Shown here: in pieces, positions 1 through 9,501 of the stretch
Layout of the letters: each line of letters opens with the position of its first letter
Numbering within the stretch: the stretch's first letter is position 1
Assembly: GCA_000388065.2 (NCBI GenBank)
Contig: KB932207.1
Length of the DNA: 13,339 nucleotides
Source: Fonticula alba ATCC 38817
Lineage: Eukaryota; Protista; Nucleariida
Strand: one strand, 5' to 3'
Notes under the pieces: model-generated
Databases searched by the model: none
Seen by the model: only the letters and a program-made list of their open reading frames with translations
Told to the model about the DNA's origin: nothing
Translations under genes and position numbers: made by a program

Positions 1-1075
1 CCCCCCCCCCCCGGGTCGGAGGTCACTCACAAAACGCCCTGCGGCTGCCGGCCGGGGGCGCGGGCGCCCAAGCACGCGGCGGGAGAGGCGGAACCAGGTC
101 GGTATGCCTCGGTATGTTTGCCTGGCTATGGTCCCCGACCCGGGTCAGGGCCCTTGCTGGCTAGAAGGCTAGTGGCCGATGTAGCCCGTTGCCCGGGGCC
201 AAGTGAGCGGCTCCGGGGCCTGACACCTTTTCTCGCTCATACGTGTGTGTGCAGGCGCGCAGGGGACATGCATTTCGGCGCGCTCATGCGCCTCCGGCCT
301 CCCGACGCGCCCGCGCCTGACCATTGATCCCCCCCCCCCCACACACACATCCTGCACGAAGATGGGTGTCCCCTTGTCCCCGCCCTCCCAACATACACAC
401 ACACGCACAGGAGAAAGAGCCACCCCGCAGAAGGTGCGAGGGCGCGAGCCGCCCAGCAGCATCCCAAGAGCTTGGACCCCCCGGCCAGGAGGAGGGCGCC
501 CGGGGCACACCGGCGTACGCCCGACCGGCAGATGTCGAACGCCGCTTGAGACCCGCGGGGACATGTCAACCCGGGGAATTATCGGAGCAACTGCCCATGC
601 ATGGGCATTTGCCCGGTCGGATGTCCCAAAAGGGTGGGAGGCCCTCTTGTTCCTGTTCTTCCCCCGGCTCCGGTGTATTTGTGGCCGTCGAGCGGGGACG
701 TTGCTGAGCCCACAATCCAACCCGGGCGCTCGTCGCGCAAACACACACCGGCGACACACGCCCGCGCATCGACATGCGCGCGGCCCGATAAACATCCAGG
801 CGCGCATGAGGCTGCCCTGTGTTCCGATACCCAGCGCGAGGCAGGCATATCTCGCCCTCGTTGCCTCGTGCCCCGCTCACATTCACACACCCATGAGCAT
901 CCCTCCCATTCGGGCTCGAAGGCGTGGCAGCCGGCGCGCCGGCCGGCGGCCCTCTCTCCCTGGGGAATTCCCGCTGAAGTTGGCCATTTTCACATGGCCC
1001 TCGGGCGATCGACCGGCCCGGGGGGCGGGGGAGGGGGAGCAGGGGGAAAGGCTTCCCCGCCCCTACGGCTCGCCT

Positions 1076-1133
<58 letters not shown>

Positions 1134-1268
1134 NNNNNNNNNNNNNNNNNNNNNNNNNNNNNNNNNNNNNNNNNNNNNNNNNNNNNNNNNNNNNNNNNNN
1201 NNNNNNNNNNNNNNNNNNNNNNNNNNNNNNNNNNNNNNNNNNNNNNNNNNNNNNNNNNNNNNNNNNNN
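1134..1268. other. Assembly gap (135 N) following a 56-nt poly-C run (1078-1133)
   Basis: Seen directly in the sequence. Confidence 1.
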
Positions 1269-1381
1269 CCCCCACCCCATCCCCCTCCACCCCATCCCCA
1301 GCTTGCCCTCGGTACAACCCAGGCCCCGCGACCCCATGCCACAATGGCCCGGGAGATGCTTTGCTTGCTTCACGGGACGCC

Positions 1382-1578
1382 GAGAGGCTTTTCCGGTGAG
1401 CATACTCCCGTCCATCACAAGCACCGGAGTTGGGTGGGGCCTTTTCTTTTCACCCCCGGTCATGACTCGAGAGAGAGAGAGAGAGAGAGAGAGAGGCTTT
1501 TCCGGTGAGCATACTCCCGTCCATCACAAGCACCGGAGTTGGGTGGGGCCTTTTCTTTTTCACCCCCGGTCATGACTC

Positions 1579-1625
<47 letters not shown>

Positions 1626-1628
1626 GCT
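1382..1628. repeat. Direct tandem duplication of an 83-84 nt unique core plus (GA)n tail
   Basis: Cores 1386-1468 and 1495-1578 are identical except for one extra T. Each is followed by (GA)n, and GAGAGGCT recurs at 1382, 1491 and 1621. Confidence 0.95.
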
Positions 1629-2195
1629 GAGTGGGGGGCGATGGACCGCTCAGGATGCTTCTGCGCTCGGGTAACCCGCCCGCACTTTGGAACAGCCCAA
1701 GCACTTGAAATTCAGTCTTCTCCCTCCGGGTGTTGTCGCAAGCATGAGCCCGTGCCATGGGTAGATCGAGCGCGGGCGTGCTCGAGCGAGAGAGAAAGAG
1801 AGAGAGAGAAAGAAAGAGGGAGATGGGCAGATACGGTCAGAGGCCAAATCCCAGGAGGGGCTCTCGCGCTGTGGCGACTCATTAATTACCAAATTAACCC
1901 CCAGACACGGCCCCACACTGACCGATGGTGTTGGCTCCTCAGGCCCTCGTCGTCACCGCCCTTCCGCCTCCATACAGGCTGCTGCTGCCCGGCAAATGGC
2001 CCCACATCCACCCTGGCACGTTGGGCGCGACTCAGGCACCAGCCCCCTTCGACATGGGGCCACCACAGGCTAGAGGCCTTTGGGCGCAGCTGGGGGGTCG
2101 GGGGGGGCGGGGGAGCTTGCAAGGTTGGAGGGGAAGGGGGCCCGTCTCACACGGAGGTGTACAGCCCAACACACGCAGGGGCGATGTCGGGAGGT

Positions 2196-2261
2196 GGGTG
2201 GGAGGGGGGCGGGGGGCGGGGGGCGGGGGGCGGGGCGGGGCGGGGCGGGGGACGGGGGGGG
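2196..2261 (+). repeat. G-tract array (GGGGC-like repeats) with G-quadruplex potential
   Basis: More than 10 runs of at least three G separated by 1-3 nt. Confidence 0.8.
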
Positions 2262-2459
2262 TCCCTCCAAAGAGAGCTGGGGAAACCCCCGCCCGGGGCT
2301 CACGGCCCTGGGGGCGGGGGAGGAAAAGGGGCCGAGGAGGAAAGGGGGCCAGAGGGGCTCTTTCACGCGCCGGCCAGCCGATGGCCTCCGCCCACCACCA
2401 CCCCGGCCAGGCCGGAGCACATCGGCCGCACAACCCTCATTCGCCGCAGCTTTGCCGCC

Positions 2460-2498
2460 CGCGCGCGCGCGCGCGCGCGCGTGTGTGTGCGCACACAC
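2460..2498. repeat. (CG)10 + (GT)n/(AC)n alternating purine-pyrimidine tract with Z-DNA potential
   Basis: 39 nt of strict alternation, including the 16-bp palindrome GTGTGTGCGCACACAC at 2483-2498. Confidence 0.9.
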
Positions 2499-2676
2499 CA
2501 GGCATCCCTCGCTGGTGACCCTGCTGGCTACCCTGCTCCCGCCACCCACTTATCTGCCGCCACTGCTCCACTTGGCCCTTGGCATCCTGGGCCTCCTGCT
2601 GTTTGGCTTGCATCGTGCTTGCGCCGCCGCTTGGGCATCCCTGAAGGGGCAAAGGGTCCCTGGTACTTCAGCGATC

Positions 2677-2771
2677 GAGAGAGAGAGAGAGAGAGAGAGA
2701 GACGGAGAGAGAGAGAGAGAGACGGAGAGAGAGAGAGAGAGACGGAGAGAGAGAGAGAGAGAGACGGAGAG
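2677..2771. repeat. Compound (GA)n microsatellite with a 20-bp higher-order period
   Basis: GACGGAGAGAGAGAGAGAGA occurs three times exactly at 2701-2760. Confidence 0.95.
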
Positions 2772-3066
2772 GGGCTACTTCGCTCGCTCCCTCCAACTCG
2801 CAACCCATCGGTACCCAATCGAGAAACGGGCGCGTATCGCAGCACGAAGTGGCGAGGCCTTGGGCGGCAGCCCCTCCCAACAATCGGGCTCTTGCCTGAA
2901 GGTGTATAATTGCACATTCACACACACATGCACATGCACATGCACAGGCAGACCTTTCTACTTCAGCTTGCCCAGTTTTCTCGTCAACCGAAAAAGACTC
3001 CGTCTAAGGATGGATCTATTGTGTCATGCAACATGGCACAGACACCGCCCTCTCTCCATGCGCATC

Positions 3067-3082
3067 AAAAAAAAAAAAAAAA
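3067..3082. repeat. A16 homopolymer (U16 in the putative USP 3' UTR)
   Basis: Seen directly, about 80 nt downstream of the stop codon. Confidence 0.95.
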
Positions 3083-3159
3083 AGGAGGGCGGAAGAGGAA
3101 CAAAGGCAAGGGAAGCCGGCCGGCCTACGGTCGGCACACAAGGGAAACGAGCAAGTGGG

Positions 3160-3718
3160 TTACAGAATATCCATGCACGTGACAAGGTCATGGACCGGTT
3201 CGCCATAGATGTCGCGTGCACGGCGCGGCATCACATGCGCCGACCCGTAGACCGTGGCCAGGAAGAGCCACAGATGGTGGCTCACGCAAATGTAATGCCG
3301 GCCAAGAACCAGGCCGGGCCGCAGCGGGGGGGACAGCCGCGCGCCGGTGCTACAGGCATGGGCCGCCGAGTGGGCAGCTGCCGCGGCCGGGCCGCCTGGG
3401 GGCGATGGCGGGGACGGTGCAAGGAGCGAAGCGAAGTTGATCTGCCCCAGATGATGATGCCGATAGGGGACCAAGCGGGACAAGTGCCGGAGCCAATGCC
3501 GGGCCCAGTCCATCGGCAGGATGAAGAGAACACCGACAGACGACTCGAGGGCCCGCGGCCAGAGGGAGGGACAGGCCGCGAGGCCACACGGGCCGCCGGC
3601 CGCACCGTGCTGATGCCCATGCGCATCCACACCGCCCACGGTCCCGAGAGACGAATCACTTGAGGCCGACCGCGACAGGCTCATGCTGGAGGAGGAGTCG
3701 GTCGTGGCGGCGGCGGCG

Positions 3719-3756
<38 letters not shown>

Positions 3757-4025
3757 TCCAGCCCCAGGCAGCTGCATGGCTGCCAGAATCTGATCCAGCG
3801 TATCAAGGTCGAAGGGGGCCTGCGGGGAAAGGGACAGCAGGAACTGCACGGCATTCAACTCGGCCACATTTCGCAGCAGGAGCTGGTCGCACAGGAGACA
3901 ATGCCGACGGTTGAGATTCGACCGGGGATACCAGGCCGGGACCAGCGTCGACGTGAAGCCCAAACCCCGGCCAGGGGAGTCCTCCGGCGCCGGCGAGTAG
4001 AGACCCGTGGAGTTGCTGCCGGCAC

Positions 4026-4063
<38 letters not shown>

Positions 4064-7000
4064 TGGCCATGGCCCAGACCACCGCCAACGCCCCAGAGGG
4101 GGTGCGATGGCGAAGGCGAAGCCGGACGCACATCCGGCGACGAACCCAGCGAGGGCGAAGAGCGGCATGCCGACGATGCCCCGGCGCTCGGGGATCCAGG
4201 CCGCTCGCTGGTCGGGGAGACCGTCGAACGTGGCGGCTGCTGGGACACATGGTGATGGGGATGATGCTGGTGCTGGTGCTGGTGATGATGATGGTGGTGA
4301 TCGTGGCCCGGGCCGGCGGCCGAGGGGTCACCACCGACACCCCCACCCAGCCCGACCGGGTGGTAGTCCGACGAGAAGAAACTACCCAGGCCGGGGATCG
4401 GGATGAGGCGCCCGGATTGCGCACCGCCATGGCCGGGCGGCGGGTATTGCCCGCCGGCCAAGGCCGTAAGGCCCCACTGCGCGGTGAAGGCCGCAAACAC
4501 CTTCGGCGGCACAGCCACAAAGACATCGGTCGCCAGGAGCGGCCGACTGAGATTGACAGACACGCAAATGTCCCCGTCAGCCAGGTCGGCCGTGGCCGCC
4601 GGGGTGGCCACCATGTCGGCCGACAGCATGACCGGGCAGGCCGAGGGCCGGCCGAACACCGAGAAGGAGGAGGCAATGCTGCCGGAGGCCGCATCGCCAC
4701 AGGGCAGGGTGCCCGACGGCCCGGCCACCAATGGGGAGTAGCTCCCGGCACCGGCCGGATAGAGGAAGGACTCGACCGAGGCACTGGCCAGCCGGTGGAC
4801 CGACGACGACGACGACGACGACGACCCGGCCGAGCTGACAAGCCGGCAAGCACAGCCGGGCGGACAGGCACCCGAGTCAACCTCCGCCATCGAGGGGGAC
4901 GAGCTGTGCTGCCCGTCGTCCGGTGATGACAGCCTCAGGGACGGCGACCCGCCGGCGGAATGATTGACCGCCGCCAGGGCCGGACTACTGGCAGACCAGG
5001 GAGACCCGTCAGCCGGCGGCGACCACCGGTCGGCCGAAGCAGCAGCAGCAGCACCGCCACCAGGCCGCAGGCCGGCTCCCCCACAGGCCCCGGAGGCCGA
5101 GGCAAAGAGCGAGCCACACAGCAGCCCGGCCGCGATGTGACCGATGGAGCTTTCCAGGAAGGACACATGCTTCGGCAGGAGATTCGACCGAATGAGCGAC
5201 GACCCGTGGGGACAGAGCAGCGGCCGGACGTCGATTTGCCCCGGCGAGCCGGACCCATTCTTCCAGAGGTTGAACCACCGAAGTGGAACCAGCACCCAAT
5301 GCCCATGCGCCGGGGGGAGGATGGCCCCGCTGCCGGGGGCCGGGCGAAGGGGCGACTCGTCGCGCGAGGAGGCCGACGACCGCCGAGCCGCCGCGGCCGC
5401 CGCAGGCCCGCTGCCCATCGCCCCGCCGGCCGACGCCAATGAAGAGGACGACCCCATGGCCGCCACCGGTGGCGGGATCTGGGAATGTGGGAGAACCGGC
5501 CCGCCGGTCGAGGGCTTGCGCGACCCCGGGGGTGGCATCGAGCTGCTGCCGGACCGATGGCGCGACGAGTCAACCCCCGAGGATGACCGATCTACGCGTG
5601 AAAGACGGCCGCCAACTTCCCCAGGAGGCCGAAGCTCAGGCGACAGGGGCCGGTTGCCCTGGCTCAGGGCGGACAGATGCTCGTGCGAGCTGGCAGAGGA
5701 AATGAGCGATGTGGAGCGCATGTTGTTGTTGCCGCCGCCGCCGCCGCCGCCGCCGCTGCCACCAATGGGCGTGGGTGATTGGCCGGTCGGCAGGAAAGAC
5801 CCGCTGTGAGCACGCTCGGGCCACCACCAATCGGAAGACAAGCGCACCGGCCGAGGAATGGACAGAGGAGCCGTGCGCCCGGAGCGCCGGGCTCCACGCT
5901 GAGCTTCGTTTGCCCGGCGCCAGGATTCGAGCCCCGTCGTGGCCGGGGGAGAGTCCCCGCCAGCGCGGGGCTCCTCATCCTCGGAATCCGAGCCGGAGTC
6001 CACGCTGTCGAGGCCCGATCCGGAGGACCGGTCCTCATCCTCCGAGGCCCCGGGGGAGGGGGGCGGCGAGGCGTCCGGCGAGTGGTCCAAACAATCGACG
6101 AGGGCAAAACGCTCATGCCGACGAAGCTCGGCCACCAGCTTGCCAACAGCCCGCCGGCAGGAGGCCAACGGCCGGCGCTTGTAAATCAGGATGCACGGGT
6201 CGCCGGTGTGGCGCGACGCCCGGGTCAAATCCGACGAGGAGGACGCCTCGAAGACCTGCTCATTGTCGAAGGCATACCAGTGTCCGGTGGCCAGATTGCG
6301 CGAGTAGGTGACAAAGTGCCCGGGGGCCGATTCGCCGAAGGGCATCTGCCCGAGCATCGCCGTGTCCATGTGCCCCGGGCCGCAGGTACACCGGGCCCCA
6401 GCCGACTCGGCCAGGCAATGGTAAAACCCGCCGCGAGAGAAATCATGCCCAGCCGGCCGGGGAATGGCCCGGCAGGAACACAGGTCGTCCCCGCACAGGA
6501 CCAGCCCCTCGCCGAAGGGCGAGCCAGGAGAGGGGACCCGGCCGGCCGGAGTGGCGGTGCCGGGCCCGGAGGGACCCGAAGGAAGCGGCCCCGGCTCCGA
6601 GGCCGGAGCCTCGGCACAGATAATCTGCGTGGGTTTCACCGGGACCGTGCACGAAGACAAGTGCGTCACCATGGACACCAGGTCATAATCCGAGGAGTCG
6701 GCATCCGCGTGGGGAACACGCACGCGAAATTCCGCCACATCGAGCCCGCGCAGGGGGAAGCGCAATGAACTGAAGTTCTTCAGCTGCCGACTCCGGGTCC
6801 CGGCCGGGTGTGGCTGCGGGTGGCCCGGCGCCAGGGGGTGTGGCGCCATGCTGCTTGTGTGGCCGCCGCCGCCGCCGCCGCCGCCGCTGCCGGGACCCGC
6901 GGCGAAGAAGGACTTGCGTCGAGCCCCGAGAGCCGGCGGCTCCGTCGAGAGGGGAGGAGGAGGGGACGCGGTCGCCGTCGAGTGAGCATCGGCCGCCCCT

Positions 7001-7261
7001 TCGGCAGGGCGACCTCCGGCCGCCGGAGAGTCCATGCCGCCGGACTCATCGGGTCCAGCATCGGGGGCCTCGTATTGGGCGGCGAAGAAGCGCGGTAGAT
7101 GGATGATGAAGAACTCCGGCGGGATGAGCAGGTGTCGAGTGCGGCTGTGCGCGGTCTTGGCATTGCAGCCGGAGCAGTGGAGCCCTGAGCTGGCAGTCAC
7201 CGGGATGATCTCCGTGGAGAAGAACTCCTCCAGGCAGTCAATCAACCGGCAGTCGCTTGCA
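3160..7261 (-). CDS. Coding exon 6: rest of the USP core including His box, low-complexity linker, DUSP1 and DUSP2, stop codon
   Basis: Acceptor AAATCCAG|T, phase 2. A 4.1-kb open frame contains the His box and both DUSP motifs and ends ...RRARDIYGEPVHDLVTCMDIL-TAA. A further terminal intron cannot be excluded. Confidence 0.82.
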
Positions 7262-9455
7262 CTGGATTTGCACAGGAGGGGGGAGGGGGGAGGGGGAGGG
7301 GGCAAAGCAATGGAGAGAGGGAGAGACAAAGGGAGACAGATGTGCATCAGTGGATGGAAGAACAATCAGGAGGGGGGTATCGGAAAGGCAGGCCGGCCAC
7401 GGGAATGTGCAGAAGGAGAAAAGGACTACACGCACTTGAACACCTGGCTCTTGATCTTACGCCACTTGCTGGTGAGTTTGCTGAAGTTCGTGTCGACCAC
7501 CGGCTCGAAGCAGGGGGCGCCCCGGGTGGCGGAGTAGGGACACTTGCGAGTGACGCCGGACGGAGAACCGTGGCCCGCGGCGGCGCCGGGCGGAGCGGCC
7601 ACACCACCGGCGGCATGGAGCACGGGCGACGACGATCCACCCGACGCCAGGCCCGGGATGACAGTGGCCACGGCCTCGACCGAGTGCTCACAGAATGGCT
7701 GATCCCGCGAGGGGAGCACCGTTCGGGCCGGATGCGTGGAGTAGAAAACCCCAAGCCGGTGCTGGATCTTGCGTTGGTAGGCCGCGGCATCGGCATCCAC
7801 CAGGGGGATGTTCAACTCGAAGAAGCGCGACCGGCTGGAGGACACACGCTTGCAGCCGAGGCAGAAGTACTGCAACAGCAAGACACCCCCGAATGTGTCG
7901 CTCACCACGCTGGAGTTCGAGGAGAAGGCCATCTTCGAGGGGAGCTTGTTGGAGCTGCCGCTGGAGGTCAAGTAGGCCGAGGCGTCGGCCCGGCACCGGG
8001 CACAGCCCCGCTCCGATTGGAGGCTGCAGTCGGCGCACGACAGGCAGGAAGTCGCCCGCGAGTAGGCCTGCAGATCCGGGAGCTTCAGGTCATCATGGAG
8101 GCTGCGCAGGAGGAGCTGCAACAGCAAGAAGGCATCCTCCATGCGTGCCGGGTCGCCGGCCGGCGCCCGCGAAGCGGCCGAAGACCCGGAAGAGGCCGCC
8201 TCCCCCAGCAGGAAGGGATACCGCGCACGCACGGCCGACAGCAGCCTTTGCGAGGAGATGACCGGGCTTCGAGGCGACCAAGGGAAGGCAACATCCGTTG
8301 GCATCGATGGGGCCCAGGGCAGTCGAGCAGACGGGGCACAAGGGAGACAGAGAGGGAGGGGGAGGAGGAGGAAGAGGAGGGGGACATGGTCAGCCGGCAG
8401 CACAAACACCACAGCAAGAGGGGCAAATGCCCCGGCCGCGTACCGATTGACGTGCCAGTAGCTGGCCACAAAGTCCACGAAGGCCCCGGTGACAGTGGGA
8501 TGCCGCGAGGCGAAGAGCTTCAGGTACCCGGGCGCATGCTTGAAAAATCCCACCAGGATGTCGCTGCGAAGGCATACCACCGTCAGGAGGAGGGTCGGCG
8601 AGGTGGGAGAAGGGAGGGCAGCGGGGGAGAAAGCATGCTGCGACACATACCACGCCATCAGCGCCTGGAGGATGGCATTAAAGTGGCTGTCCTTGCCGGT
8701 GCTGGAGAGGCCCACCAGGCCGATGAGACGCGAGAGGGCTGTCTGCGACAGGACCGAGCCCGGGGAGGAAAAGGGATCACGCCCGCCGGAGCTACCGATT
8801 CCCAGCCGATCATGGCCAGCCGTCAGCAGAAGGAAGCTCAGCTGGAAGGGCAGGCGAATGCGGCTAAGGAGCTCCCGCATGCGAACCGCCTCCGGGAGGA
8901 GCCACACATCAGTGATATGGTCCCAGATGGGGATGAGCTTGGCGCAAATGTGGCACCAGACGGTGCGGTCAAAGAGCCGCACTGCGATGCAGTGGGAAGT
9001 GGGCTCGCCGGTTGCCAACCCAATCAGGTCGGTGCTGGAGGACAGGGCGACTTCGCTCTCGGAGTCTGTGGCAGGTGTGGCAGGGGAGGGTCAGGCGAGG
9101 TGGGCGCGGGAGGGCCAAAGAGGATGGGGTGAGAAATACCAAGAGGAAGGGCCAGGAAGAAAGGGAGAAAGGGGGAGAGAGAGAGAGAGAGGAAGCGGGT
9201 AGACACAAGCAGCGGTGGGGAATGGGGGCAACGGACCAGAGACCGGCTCATGGAGGTGCTGCGAGGCGCTGGCCGAGCTGGCACCGGCCAGCCCCGGGGA
9301 CAGGGCGGCGGCTGACATGTGTGCGAAGTGCTGAAGGGCATGATTGTTGACCTCACGCCCACAGGAGATACTCATGCAGTCGGCCTGGTGATGGTGAGAA
9401 GGGCGACAGGATGCAGAGCCGACACGCGGTGAGTGACAGGGCAATCGGAAAAGAC

Positions 9456-9501
<46 letters not shown>

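Larger units (their letters stand above)
6175..8721 (-). other. USP/peptidase C19 catalytic-fold domain with degenerate Cys box
   Basis: All USP boxes occur in order from GLVGL (about 8721) to ILIYKRR (about 6175). The finger zinc site CLGC/CSGC is retained. Confidence 0.88.

Noticed and set aside
1134-1268. Biological meaning for the two gaps being identical in length (135 N)
   Set aside because: This is most likely a scaffolding convention. Both gaps abut G/C homopolymers that stall sequencing.
1382-1628. CRISPR array or LTR/mobile element
   Set aside because: There are only two adjacent copies with a microsatellite rather than unique spacers, and no transposase, reverse transcriptase, terminal inverted repeats or target-site duplication.
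3060-3175. Additional terminal intron near the stop codon
   Set aside because: The downstream sequence is pyrimidine-rich, but DUSP2 is complete before the TAA and no convincing further coding exon was seen. This is not formally excluded.
245-3663. Long ORFs in the left flank (245-1399, 601-1575, 1539-2909, 2080-3663)
   Set aside because: They run through N gaps, homopolymers and dinucleotide repeats (ERER, ARAR), which keep frames open without coding signal.
7348-7365. Treating 3160-7365, 7426-9018 and 9091-10866 as three separate genes
   Set aside because: Their motifs are consecutive parts of one USP20/33 protein. Two begin at TTG rather than ATG, and GT-AG introns join them in frame.
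8300-8440. Apparent transmembrane segment (PLAVVFVLPADHVPLLFLLLPLPLCL) in the USP core
   Set aside because: It is the translation of the polypyrimidine tract of predicted intron 4.
7342-9132. 596-aa plus-strand ORF antisense to the USP gene (likewise 3901-4926, 5779-6768 and 9512-10198)
   Set aside because: These are shadow ORFs expected from high GC and codon bias on the opposite strand. They are Arg/Gly-rich and contain no recognisable motifs.
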